Of a stretch of DNA of 30,307 nucleotides, positions 7,998 to 17,351 are shown piece after piece. Made by a program: the position numbers and the translations under genes. Below the pieces are notes generated by a model. It was not told the origin of the DNA. It saw nothing but the letters and a program-made list of their open reading frames with translations, and made no database searches. Numbering within the stretch: the first letter of the stretch is position 1; every line of letters starts with the position of its first letter. The stretch comes from Selenomonadaceae bacterium (GTDB taxonomy: Bacteria; Bacillota; Negativicutes; Selenomonadales; Selenomonadaceae), in NCBI GenBank assembly GCA_017445435.1, contig JAFSUE010000158.1, positions 1 to 30,307 on the forward strand, given 5' to 3'.

Positions 7998-8942
7998 CTA
8001 ACCATTCAAAAATTCGCTGATAATAAATCGCGGTCGTCTTTTTGTTTCCAAATAAATTTTTCCGATATATTCGCCTACAATGCCGATTGACAACAGCACA
8101 AGTCCACCTAAAAACCATAATGACGCCAATGTACTGGACCAACCTGCTACTACGCCGCCTGTAAAATATCTATAAAAAATCCATAGCAACACAAGCAAAC
8201 TCAATAGCGAAATTGTAAAGCCTAACCGCGTAATTAATCTTATTGGCTCAATCGTCAGTGAAGTTATTCCTTCAAATGCAAACGCCAACATTTTTTTCAG
8301 CGGATATTTACTTTCTCCCGCGAAACGTTCTGCCCGTTCGTAATAAACTATTGTTGAAGGATAGCCAATCATCGGCACAAGTCCGCGCAGAAATAAATTT
8401 ACCTCTTCAAATTCCGCCAGACCGTTCAAGGCGCGTTTACTCATCAATCTATAATCGGCGTGATTGTTTACAACGTCAGCGCCTAAAATTTTTATCAGCT
8501 TATAAAAACTTTCCGCCGTGAATCGCTTGAAAAAAGTATCAGTCGCCCGTTTACTTCTCACGCCGTAAACAATGTCATAGCCTTCAATGTATTTGTCAAT
8601 CATTTTGTCAACGGCGTTGATGTCGTCTTGTAAATCGGCGTCCATTGAAATTACGGCGTCCGCAAAATCTTTTACCGTCATTAAGCCAGCAAGTAATGCG
8701 TTTTGGTGTCCGCGATTTCTTGAAAGATTAATGCCGCCGAAAATTTTATCAGCCGCGTGGAGTTCACAAATAATTTTCCACGTTAAATCTTTTGAGCCGT
8801 CATTCACAAAAACAATTTTACTATCGGCAGAAATTTTTTCAACTTCAATCAATGCCAAAATTTTTTCACGAAGTCGCCGCGCAGTTTCGCGCAAAACTTC
8901 TTCTTCGTTGTAGCACGGCACGACGATATAAAGTTTAGTCAT
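7998..8942 (-). CDS. GT2 polyprenol-phosphate glycosyltransferase (GtrB/YkcC-like)
   Basis: IVVPCYNEE, FVNDGSKD, LSRNRGHQNALLAGL, MDADLQDD, DYRLMS, R.AGESKY, two C-terminal TMs, YLETKRRPRF. GGAG RBS before ATG 8942. Confidence 0.92.
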   Translation of the reverse strand: MTKLYIVVPCYNEEEVLRETARRLREKILALIEVEKISADSKIVFVNDGSKDLTWKIICELHAADKIFGGINLSRNRGHQNALLAGLMTVKDFADAVISMDADLQDDINAVDKMIDKYIEGYDIVYGVRSKRATDTFFKRFTAESFYKLIKILGADVVNNHADYRLMSKRALNGLAEFEEVNLFLRGLVPMIGYPSTIVYYERAERFAGESKYPLKKMLAFAFEGITSLTIEPIRLITRLGFTISLLSLLVLLWIFYRYFTGGVVAGWSSTLASLWFLGGLVLLSIGIVGEYIGKIYLETKRRPRFIISEFLNG

Positions 8943-10710
8943 TAAAATTCTCCAGTTTATATTTTTCAAATCTGTCTTTGAAAAGCTCGGGATTATTAGG
9001 ATAAAGATTGACGAAAAGATTTTCCACGAAGTCAATATCAGATTTTTCGTAAGGCGAAATTTTTTCGTAAACTTTCAACGTGACGCAATCTGAAACTTTT
9101 TCCGTCGGGTACAGCGAAATTTCTTTGACGAATCGAAAATGCCTTGCAAGCGGCATACTTGTAACCAATTCGGAAATTTTCCATACTACCGATTGATCTT
9201 GCGGGAGCAAATGTACTTGAATTGGCGCAGAGATAATAATAATGTCCGCATCAAAAAAATTTATTGGGAAACCGTCGCGTAAATCAATATCCGCCGTAAA
9301 CATCATCTTGGGGGCGGCGTCCAATGTATCGGGAAGTCCACTTTGTTTAAAACTAGTCGCGTTGTAAAGTCCGCTACTCATTAAAGGGTAAGCTTTACGG
9401 TTGCCCTCGTCGCACATCGTATTAATTTCCCCAATAAAATTTTTCAACTCGTCAATGTCGTTGCGAACAGGCGGAATGTAGCTGAAATTTATTTTTTGAT
9501 CCGCAATTTTAACGGGTAAAATGTTCGTGTAAGCTTGAACAAAATTTAGCGCTAACAGAAAGATTAAAATTCCTCCGCGCAGTTTAGATTTTTTCAGCGC
9601 AATTAAAATCGTTACGGTAACAATCGCGCAGAATGGGATTAACATTGTATAGTAATGTTGCATTCCCATAAATTGTATACGCGAAATTAAAATTACTGTG
9701 ACTGCCGCCCAAGCTGTAGAAAAAATTGTAAGTGGACGAAAATTTTTTGATAGCAAGCCTGCAATTATTCCAGCAAAAAAAATTATATAAAGTGCCAAGC
9801 CACCTTTCAAAACGTGTGCAAAAATTTTTATCGTTAAAGTATGTCCGACTGTATATGCCGAATAAGCCGCGCCGTGATTGTAAGTTAGGACGTGTTCGAC
9901 GAATGGAAAAAATAAAATTGCCATCAATCCTGCGCCGAATATTCCGATGACGAAAAATTTTTTTATCAGCATAAAAATATTTCCGCGCAGATAAATTTTG
10001 TAAACCGTAAAGCCGAAAAATAATCCTATAATCATATAAGCCGCCGAGCGACTTTGAATCACTGCCAAAATTGACAGCACCGCGATTAAAAATAATCGTA
10101 ACGGTTGAAATTTTTCGTCGTCCAAATTCAGCAACATCAGCCACAAAATTATTCCCTGCAACATTATCGCGACGTTAGCGTAGCCGTTCATTACTGGAAT
10201 TTCAATCAGCGGAATTGAAAACAAAATTAAAAGTATCGCCGCGCAGGAAACATTTTCTTCACAAAATTTTTCTATTGCGGTTTTAATTGCCGCCGCCGTT
10301 AAAAAAATTGCGGGCAGTGCAAACATTATCCAAACGTACATTGTATAGGCAAGAAAACTTTTTCCCAAAATATGCATCAGTAAAGCCATAAGCATCGGCA
10401 AAAAATTGTTATAGTCTCTATAATTTATTGAGAAAATTAAGTTTTCCCACGCCGTGAAAGGTTCTGAAAAAACTGTCTGCTCGCATACAATGGTTGGTTG
10501 CCAAGTTTCCGCAAAATCCCAAAAATAAATCCATTGTTGACGGCTTACTTGCCAAAATACAAATGCCGTTCCTACTAAAAGCACAAATAAAATTTTTCCG
10601 CGTTCTTCACGAAAAATTTTTACGAAGTCAACGTTACAAAATTTCAGCGAAAAAATTATTACGCCATAATAACATATCAACATCATTAAGCAAAGAATTA
10701 TAAGCAACAC
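8935..10710 (-). CDS. Polytopic membrane protein, probable GT-C fold (GtrC-like) glycosyltransferase
   Basis: About 10 or more hydrophobic segments, first external loop with YFWDF, soluble C-terminal domain, 8-nt overlap with the GtrB-like gene. The function is inferred. Confidence 0.6.
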   Translation of the reverse strand: MLLIILCLMMLICYYGVIIFSLKFCNVDFVKIFREERGKILFVLLVGTAFVFWQVSRQQWIYFWDFAETWQPTIVCEQTVFSEPFTAWENLIFSINYRDYNNFLPMLMALLMHILGKSFLAYTMYVWIMFALPAIFLTAAAIKTAIEKFCEENVSCAAILLILFSIPLIEIPVMNGYANVAIMLQGIILWLMLLNLDDEKFQPLRLFLIAVLSILAVIQSRSAAYMIIGLFFGFTVYKIYLRGNIFMLIKKFFVIGIFGAGLMAILFFPFVEHVLTYNHGAAYSAYTVGHTLTIKIFAHVLKGGLALYIIFFAGIIAGLLSKNFRPLTIFSTAWAAVTVILISRIQFMGMQHYYTMLIPFCAIVTVTILIALKKSKLRGGILIFLLALNFVQAYTNILPVKIADQKINFSYIPPVRNDIDELKNFIGEINTMCDEGNRKAYPLMSSGLYNATSFKQSGLPDTLDAAPKMMFTADIDLRDGFPINFFDADIIIISAPIQVHLLPQDQSVVWKISELVTSMPLARHFRFVKEISLYPTEKVSDCVTLKVYEKISPYEKSDIDFVENLFVNLYPNNPELFKDRFEKYKLENFND

Positions 10711-10749
10711 CCCTTCCTTAATGCAAAAATTTTTCTACACGATTAAAAG

Positions 10750-13383
10750 CTAATCGTTACGAATAAAATCTTGTATCGTAAGTTTACGTTGCGTCTTAAG
10801 TTCGCGCATTGGCGTACTGTTCGACGGCAGGGACGCTGATAATTCGTCAAATTCTTTCAACGCCGCCTTTAAACTGTTAGACGATGAAATTTCTTTACCG
10901 TCAGGCGTCCGCAAAACAATTTCCAACTTGTCATTTTCGCGGATTGAGTCTGTGAAGTCGACAGGATGACCATTAACGCGAATTTCAAAACTCAAGCGGC
11001 TTTTAGGATTCGGCGGATTAAATTTCACGGCAAGTAAAGCGTCACTAACCGTTACAGATTTTCTTGAAGTTTTCTTGCAAACAATTTCCGCGCCGTCTTC
11101 GACAATCGTATTTAAATTTGACGGACGACCATTGACCTTTAATTCAAGGCTAGACATTGTCGGAATTTGAACTTCCTGCCCTTCGTAAGAAATTTTTATG
11201 TAAGCATTAATGCCAATGTAGCTAATAATGTCAGCAACTTTCGGGCTAGGCGAATCGACGTACTCAATTCTATCATTTGGGCGAACAGGTTCATCAAGTT
11301 GTGTTTCCATATCGTTGAGGGAAATTTTCGGCACGCAACTATATAAAAATTTCTGTTCGTTCAGCGTGTAATTAATCTGCCGCCCTTCAGCAGGATAACC
11401 CGCAATGTTCAAAACTTCTTCAACGGTACGCAGGGAAGTCGTGTCAATTTCGTCGCCGTCGTGCAAAAGGCGATTGGGTAAGCTGTCTTCATCGTTGACT
11501 AAAATTTTTGGCGTGACAGGTTCTTCAGAGCCGTTAATTTTCACGTAAAAATTTGGCGAAACAATTACAACGTCGGCAACTCTAAGCTTAGGCGTTCGAC
11601 CGTCGACGCCGTGTTCAACGTGTATTCGGCAATCATTTTTAATCACCGTTTCCAACGTCGCAGGTTGACCGTCAAGCGTCAATTTAGCAACTGTCCCCAT
11701 ACTGCCAGGAAAAATTTTTTTCTCGCCGTTAATGACGACCATTAAACCAAGTCCCGGCTTACCGTTCCACTTGCGAAGTTGAATGCCAGCGCTTAAAAGT
11801 GCGTCGCTTACCGTCAATTCGCGGAAATGGAATAAGCTGTATTCCTCATCATTGACGAAGACTGTTAAAAAGTGCAAAGTGTTACTCGACGCGATTTTCA
11901 AAATTCCCAGTGGCGTCACGGCGTCAGGCTTGCAAAGTTCTGGTGGAATGCCAGTTACGCCTTCAACGTTTTCAGGTGTACGAACTCTAACGCGTTGTTG
12001 TGGAATTTTCAGCGCGTCTGCAACATATTCATCCAGTTTCGGCGTAAGTGAGCCGCCGCCTACTAAAATTACAGCTTGTGGAAGTTCGCCGCCGTTAAGT
12101 TCCAAAATCGAATTGGAAATTGCATTTGCTAAGTTAGAAATTGTTTCAGAAATTGGCGCTACAATTTCTTCCGCCGTCAAATTATATTCTTCGCCAAGTA
12201 TATCGGCAAAAGTTGCGCCTTCTCCCATAGCCGCTTTACGTTTAACAGCCTCTGCAACGTTGAAATCTAATAAAAATTTTTGTGACAGCGCCTCTGTAAT
12301 TTCATCGCCAGCAATAGGCACCATACCGTAAGCAACAACAGCGCCGCTCTTCGTAATGGCAACGTCGGAAGTTCCCGCGCCAATGTCGACCAAAACTAAA
12401 TTTAAGTGTCGCATTGTCTGCGGAATTAAAACATTTATTGCGGCAATAGGTTCAAGCGTCAACGCCCGCATTTCCATTCCTGTATAATTCAGCGCCGTTT
12501 GCATTGAGTCGATAACTTGACGCGGCAGGAACGTTGCAATAATTTTCGCGCGTGCATGCCGTCCACGTTGCCCAACTAAAATTTTCAGCGGTACGCCGTC
12601 CAATTCGTAGCTGATAATGCTAAATCCTACGCAACAGTAACTTGTTCTGTCGTCAATCACATTTGATTCGATAAGTTTCGACTGCGCAATTTGAACGCCA
12701 GTGAAATTTAAATTGCTCTGTTGCTCTTCGGTAATGACGCCGTGCATTTCCATTTCAACTTCAGCAGTCATCGTGTACAAGGCGCGACCTGCGGCGGCAA
12801 CTGCGGCGCTTGTAAGTTTGCCAACAGTTTTTGAAAGCGTGTCACGAACTTTTTCAATGACTTCAGCAACTTGTGGCACGTCGTGAATTTGTCCGTCAAG
12901 CATGGCGCGGGTAGTATGTTCCTCACGCGTATTTGCGATAACTTCCAAGTTGCCTTTTTTATCGCGAAGTGCAACGATACCTATAACACTGCGCGTACCA
13001 ATATCAAGGGCAAAAACTTTTTCGCGTTCGTCGTCACGGTAAAGCGGCTTAGCAGATTTTTTTTCAGGAGTAGAAATTTTTTCCTCAACGGCAGGAATTT
13101 TTTCAGCCGCAGATTTTTTTTCGGGCTTAGATTTTTTTTCAGACGACAAAGTTTTATCTTTTACTTCAACCGCATCAACTTTTTTCTTACGTGTACGCTT
13201 TTTACTGGCGGCAGATTTTTTTGGTGCATCGTCAACAGTTTTGTCGACAACTTTTTTCTTGCGACCGCGTTTAGGTTTTTCCTCCACGTTTAAATTTTTA
13301 TCAGTGACAGTAACGGTATCTGTTGACTGTTCAATATTTTCTGTACCCTCATTAATTTTATCTCCGACTTCAATTTCGGGCAT
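10750..13383 (-). CDS. FtsA/PilM-like actin-fold ATPase with a Lys-rich N-terminal extension and C-terminal beta-grasp-like repeats
   Basis: VFALDIGTRSV, EPIAA, VDIGAGTSD, ILVGGGS; GGGAGG RBS. Confidence 0.85.
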   Translation of the reverse strand: MPEIEVGDKINEGTENIEQSTDTVTVTDKNLNVEEKPKRGRKKKVVDKTVDDAPKKSAASKKRTRKKKVDAVEVKDKTLSSEKKSKPEKKSAAEKIPAVEEKISTPEKKSAKPLYRDDEREKVFALDIGTRSVIGIVALRDKKGNLEVIANTREEHTTRAMLDGQIHDVPQVAEVIEKVRDTLSKTVGKLTSAAVAAAGRALYTMTAEVEMEMHGVITEEQQSNLNFTGVQIAQSKLIESNVIDDRTSYCCVGFSIISYELDGVPLKILVGQRGRHARAKIIATFLPRQVIDSMQTALNYTGMEMRALTLEPIAAINVLIPQTMRHLNLVLVDIGAGTSDVAITKSGAVVAYGMVPIAGDEITEALSQKFLLDFNVAEAVKRKAAMGEGATFADILGEEYNLTAEEIVAPISETISNLANAISNSILELNGGELPQAVILVGGGSLTPKLDEYVADALKIPQQRVRVRTPENVEGVTGIPPELCKPDAVTPLGILKIASSNTLHFLTVFVNDEEYSLFHFRELTVSDALLSAGIQLRKWNGKPGLGLMVVINGEKKIFPGSMGTVAKLTLDGQPATLETVIKNDCRIHVEHGVDGRTPKLRVADVVIVSPNFYVKINGSEEPVTPKILVNDEDSLPNRLLHDGDEIDTTSLRTVEEVLNIAGYPAEGRQINYTLNEQKFLYSCVPKISLNDMETQLDEPVRPNDRIEYVDSPSPKVADIISYIGINAYIKISYEGQEVQIPTMSSLELKVNGRPSNLNTIVEDGAEIVCKKTSRKSVTVSDALLAVKFNPPNPKSRLSFEIRVNGHPVDFTDSIRENDKLEIVLRTPDGKEISSSNSLKAALKEFDELSASLPSNSTPMRELKTQRKLTIQDFIRND

Positions 13384-13470
13384 GGACTTTTCCTCCCACT
13401 TAAAAAGGTTATGCGGTTTATTTCGCGAATCAACTAGAATAATCCTTTTTTAGGAAGTTGGGATTAAAGA

Positions 13471-14502
13471 TTGAGGACTGGCAAAATAAAAAAAATTTCA
13501 GCGTGTTACATCGTGAAGAATGAAGCTGAAAGGTTAGCACTGTCTTTAAAAAATCTGCGCGGCATTGACGAAATTATAATTGTCGACACTGGCTCAACTG
13601 ATAACACGTTGGAAGTTGCAAAAAAATTTGGCGCAAAAATTTTTTGTACGAATTGGGCTGACGATTTTTCCACGCCGAGAAATTTAGCGTTGAGTCAAGC
13701 AACTGGCGATTGGATAATTTTTTTAGATGCGGACGAATATTTTACGGCGGCGACGGCTGATAATCTTCGTAGCGTGATTGAAAGTATTGACGCTACGGCG
13801 GCGAACGGACTTTTAATTTATCTTGTCAACATTGACACGGCGGACGGCGATAAAATTTTAGATACGACCTTCGTATTGCGGATTTACAGGAATTTGAACG
13901 GGCTAGCGTACGTTGGAAAAATTCATGAGGAATTGCGGCTTGACGGAAAAAGTTTGACAAATATAATTCCGTTACCGCCGAAATTTTTAACGCTGAATCA
14001 TACAGGCTATTCCGCGACGTTAAATAAGATGAAGGCGGCGCGAAATTTAAAGTTGCTGTTGGAAGAATTGGCGCAGACGAATGAACCGCAAAGAATTTAC
14101 GGCTATATTGCGCAGTGCTATAATGGGCTAGAAGATTTTATCAACGCGGAAAAATTTGCTAAGCTTGACATTGAATCGGGCGTACGGCGTTCAACTTTTT
14201 CTAGCAGTTCGTATAGAATTTTGCTGGATATTTTGTCGAAGGATTCAACGCGGCTTGAGGAGCGAAAAAATTTTGCTATGATGGCGGCTGAAGATTTTCC
14301 CGACTTGCCAGACTTTTTAGCGGAGCTAGCGGAATGTTACGCCGCGCAGAAAAATTTTGAGGCGGCAATAATTTTAATGACGGGTGCACTTGAAAATTTT
14401 GCAAAGTACGACGGCATTGAGCCTTCCATTTTCGACGAAGTACGGGCAAATTTGGCGCGTCAACGTATAAAAATTTGGACGCGTGAATTTATAAAGAATT
14501 AA
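13471..14502 (+). CDS. GT2 glycosyltransferase with TPR-like C-terminus (type often linked to flagellin/protein glycosylation)
   Basis: ISACYIVKNE, IIIVDTGSTD, W.DDFS..RN, WIIFLDADE, GKIHE, HTGY. Confidence 0.88.
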   Translation: MRTGKIKKISACYIVKNEAERLALSLKNLRGIDEIIIVDTGSTDNTLEVAKKFGAKIFCTNWADDFSTPRNLALSQATGDWIIFLDADEYFTAATADNLRSVIESIDATAANGLLIYLVNIDTADGDKILDTTFVLRIYRNLNGLAYVGKIHEELRLDGKSLTNIIPLPPKFLTLNHTGYSATLNKMKAARNLKLLLEELAQTNEPQRIYGYIAQCYNGLEDFINAEKFAKLDIESGVRRSTFSSSSYRILLDILSKDSTRLEERKNFAMMAAEDFPDLPDFLAELAECYAAQKNFEAAIILMTGALENFAKYDGIEPSIFDEVRANLARQRIKIWTREFIKN

Positions 14503-14528
14503 GAATTGAGAATTAAAAATTAAGAATT
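14494..14528 (+). repeat. Heptamer array (AAGAATT)5, degenerate, containing the GT2 stop codon
   Basis: aagaatt aagaatt gagaatt aaaaatt aagaatt. Confidence 0.85.
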
Positions 14529-14544
14529 TTTTGAGGTGAAAGAC

Positions 14545-15945
14545 TTGAAAACTAAAACTTACGTTGAAGATATTGAAAGGGCGCTTTATGATATTCGCGA
14601 CGCCGACGAATCAATTTATAAATCTGACGCAGGCTTGACTGAAGAAATTATCCGTGACATTTCTGCGCGGAAAAATGATCCAGCGTGGATGTTGGACTTT
14701 CGCTTAAAGGCGCTTGAAACGTATAAAAAAATTTCCCTGCCAACGTGGGGACCTGACATTTCAAATTTGAATATGGATGAAATTGTAACCTACGTCAAGC
14801 CCAACGCTAAGCAAGTTTCTGATTGGTCTGAAGTTCCTGACGAAATTAAAAATACTTTTGACAGGCTGGGAATTCCAGAGGCTGAAAAAAAATCTTTAGC
14901 TGGCGTCGGTGCGCAGTATGATTCAGAAGTCGTCTACCACAACATACAAAAAAATTTGACAAGTCAAGGCGTCGTCTATACCGATATGGAAACGGCACTT
15001 CGTGAACATGAAGATATTGTCCGTGAATATTTTATGACGCTCATTCCGCCGAAAGATCATAAATTCGCAGCACTGCATGGCGCGGTATGGTCGGGCGGAA
15101 GTTTTGTTTACGTACCGAAAAATGTTAATGTGGAAATTCCATTGCAATCTTACTTTCGACTCAACGCGGCAGGCGCTGGACAATTTGAACACACGCTGAT
15201 AATTGTTGAGGAAGGCGCGAATTTACATTTCATTGAAGGTTGTAGCGCCCCAAAATATAACGTCACAAATTTACATGCAGGTTGCGTTGAACTTTTCGTG
15301 AAGGAAGGAGCGCGGCTTAGATATTCGACGATTGAAAATTGGTCACGAAATATGATGAATTTAAATACAAAACGTGCGCTTGTCGAAAAAAACGGCTTGA
15401 TTGAATGGGTAAGCGGTTCTTTCGGTTCGCACGTTTCAATGTTATATCCTTGTAGCGTTTTGCACGGCGAAGGTGCACGCGCTGAATTTACTGGCGTAAC
15501 TTTCGCTGGCAAAGGTCAAAATCTTGATACAGGCGCGATTGTCATTCACGCGGCGCCAAAAACTTCGTCGAACATTAACACGCGGACAATTTCAAAATCA
15601 GGTGGCGCGGCTACGTACCGTTCAGCCGTCAAAGTTACGAAAAATGCGCCGTTCGCTAAATCGTCTGTCAACTGTGAATCACTTATGCTTGACGACGAAT
15701 CAAGATCGGACACGTTGCCTGTAATGGATATTGAAGGCGCGGAAGCTGATATTGGACACGAAGCTAAGATTGGAAGAATTTCCGACGAAGCAATTTTCTA
15801 TTTAACTGCGCGGGGAATTTCTGAAGACGAAGCACGCGCAATGATTGTACGCGGATTTGTTGAGCCGATAGCTAAAGAATTGCCGCTTGAATACGCCGTT
15901 GAGATGAACAATTTAATTTCAATCGAACTTGAAGGCGCTAATTGA
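14545..15945 (+). CDS. sufB: Fe-S cluster assembly scaffold SufB (TTG start preferred over GTG 14536)
   Basis: LAGVGAQYDSE, WSGGSF, GQFEHTLII, FIEGCSAP, LHAGCVE, IGHEAKIG, MIVRGF. Confidence 0.95.
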   Translation: MKTKTYVEDIERALYDIRDADESIYKSDAGLTEEIIRDISARKNDPAWMLDFRLKALETYKKISLPTWGPDISNLNMDEIVTYVKPNAKQVSDWSEVPDEIKNTFDRLGIPEAEKKSLAGVGAQYDSEVVYHNIQKNLTSQGVVYTDMETALREHEDIVREYFMTLIPPKDHKFAALHGAVWSGGSFVYVPKNVNVEIPLQSYFRLNAAGAGQFEHTLIIVEEGANLHFIEGCSAPKYNVTNLHAGCVELFVKEGARLRYSTIENWSRNMMNLNTKRALVEKNGLIEWVSGSFGSHVSMLYPCSVLHGEGARAEFTGVTFAGKGQNLDTGAIVIHAAPKTSSNINTRTISKSGGAATYRSAVKVTKNAPFAKSSVNCESLMLDDESRSDTLPVMDIEGAEADIGHEAKIGRISDEAIFYLTARGISEDEARAMIVRGFVEPIAKELPLEYAVEMNNLISIELEGAN

Positions 15946-15978
15946 ATTAAGAATTAAAAATTAAGAATGTAGAATTTT
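15944..15978 (+). repeat. Heptamer array (GAATTAA)-type, 5 units, between convergent genes
   Basis: gaattaa gaattaa aaattaa gaatgta gaatttt. Confidence 0.85.
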
Positions 15979-16402
15979 AATAGCCCCAAGTTAAAAGTTC
16001 CCATTCGCCTTTGTCTGTACGTGCAAGCCACCATTGCCAATTTTTATATTCGGAATCAGGATTTAAAGTCAATCCATATTTCTGCGCATCTTTTGAAACG
16101 TAAAAGTCGCTTAAAAATTCTATGCAGTCCGTACATTTATCTTTGTAGCCCCTAGCCTCTATCAATTCATTCAGCCATTTAACATTTTCTGCGCTGTTGC
16201 ATTCGTCGCCAGCGTAACGCAGATTATACATTTCGCAACCTTGCCACTTAGCAAACTGTTCCTGAATTAACGCTATTGATTCGTCCATATCTTCCTGCGA
16301 ATAAATTTTTGACTCGCCATAATCAATTTGAACCTGCGCTGACGCTTGAACATTTATAAGCGCTAATGCCAAAATTGCTAATGTCATAAAAAATTTTTTC
16401 AT
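15977..16402 (-). CDS. Secreted hypothetical protein, possibly DUF4829-like
   Basis: GGAGGG RBS before ATG 16402; Sec signal MKKFFMTLAILALALINVQASA; C-terminal WQWWLAR...WELLTWGY. The family assignment is from memory. Confidence 0.65.
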   Translation of the reverse strand: MKKFFMTLAILALALINVQASAQVQIDYGESKIYSQEDMDESIALIQEQFAKWQGCEMYNLRYAGDECNSAENVKWLNELIEARGYKDKCTDCIEFLSDFYVSKDAQKYGLTLNPDSEYKNWQWWLARTDKGEWELLTWGY

Positions 16403-16528
16403 AAAAATTCCCTCCAAAAATTTTTTCTCTGTCATTATACGCTATAACTTAAAAAATTTTAAATCTTTTACAGAAAATATTTCTTCTTTCTTAAATTTGC
16501 GAATAAAATTTTTTCTGAAAAATTTTAT

Positions 16529-16557
16529 AAGTTACGCGGCGTCAAGTTCAATGTCAA
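16529..16557 (-). promoter_or_regulatory. Sigma70-like promoter for the secreted protein
   Basis: TTGACA-17 nt-TAACTT on the minus strand. Confidence 0.45.
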
Positions 16558-16657
16558 GCTGAATAGAAATTTTTTGTACGTAGCAGGAAAATTTTTGTGG
16601 CGTGTAGAAATTTTCGGCTAAGATTTAACAGAAAATTTTTCAAGAGGTGAACTATTA

Positions 16658-16966
16658 ATGTTGGGATTAAATAATCTTGCAGACGGTCTGCTGAATGCGG
16701 CTGAAAAAGTTGAAGACATCAACAGTAAACTTACGGCTAAAAAAAATGCCGTCAAAGAATCTGTTTCAGAAAAAATCAGCGACGCTAAAGAGGCAGTCAA
16801 CGATAAAATCAACGATGCTAAAATGGCGGTTGATGACGCGAAAGACGCCGCAAATATCGTAAAAGAATCTGTTAGCGACGCTAAAGACAACGTTGCAACG
16901 GCGATGAAAAATGTTGCTAGAAATTCTTTGAAGTCGACTGTTGAAGAAATTAAAAGGCAAAGTTAA
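16658..16966 (+). CDS. Hypothetical amphipathic-helix protein (LEA/apolipoprotein/phasin-like repeats)
   Basis: GAGGTG RBS; recurring (S/N/D)DAK and VKESVS motifs; no Pro or aromatic residues. Confidence 0.7.
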   Translation: MLGLNNLADGLLNAAEKVEDINSKLTAKKNAVKESVSEKISDAKEAVNDKINDAKMAVDDAKDAANIVKESVSDAKDNVATAMKNVARNSLKSTVEEIKRQS

Positions 16967-17003
16967 ATTTCAGCGTTAAAATTTTGGAGGTGCAAATTTT
17001 TTT

Positions 17004-17300
17004 ATGGACAAAGATAAACTTACAAAGCTTGTAGCAGAAAAAGTTGACGCGGCTTGCAAGGCAAGTACTCATCCTAAAAAATTTTTCATTACGGAAAATG
17101 GACGCGGCGTAGTTGACGGCGGCGACCTTTACAATGCCGTTTTGAAAGACGTTTTGGACGTTGTGAAAGTGGCGCTTGTCGATATTTTGGACGAAACTTT
17201 AAAAGTTCCCGAAGTGCCGAAGGTTGAAACTAAAGTTGAATCGAAAGTTGAATCTAAGGGTGCGCCCAGTAAATCTTCCGCGAAGGATAAAAAGAAATAG
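17004..17300 (+). CDS. Hypothetical protein with low-complexity C-terminus (KVET/KVES x3)
   Basis: GGAGGTG RBS; 12-nt periodic repeat near 17221-17258. Confidence 0.75.
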   Translation: MDKDKLTKLVAEKVDAACKASTHPKKFFITENGRGVVDGGDLYNAVLKDVLDVVKVALVDILDETLKVPEVPKVETKVESKVESKGAPSKSSAKDKKK

Positions 17301-17351
17301 TTTGTTGTTAGCGGCGTATTGATTAAGTGGATTTTCTATTTTAATTTTTTT

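Noticed and set aside
7948-8142. ORF-track N-terminal extensions (DAK2 to 8142, GtrB-like to 9035, secreted protein to 16435, fliE to 23611)
   Set aside because: Better RBS-start pairs lie downstream, and the first two extensions overlap neighbouring genes.
9584-10144. Alternative-frame and antisense ORFs inside established genes (e.g. 3806-4279, 9584-10144, 11783-12331, 12871-13293, 25194-25508, 29447-29803)
   Set aside because: Shadow ORFs fully overlapping conserved genes, with no independent RBS or motifs.
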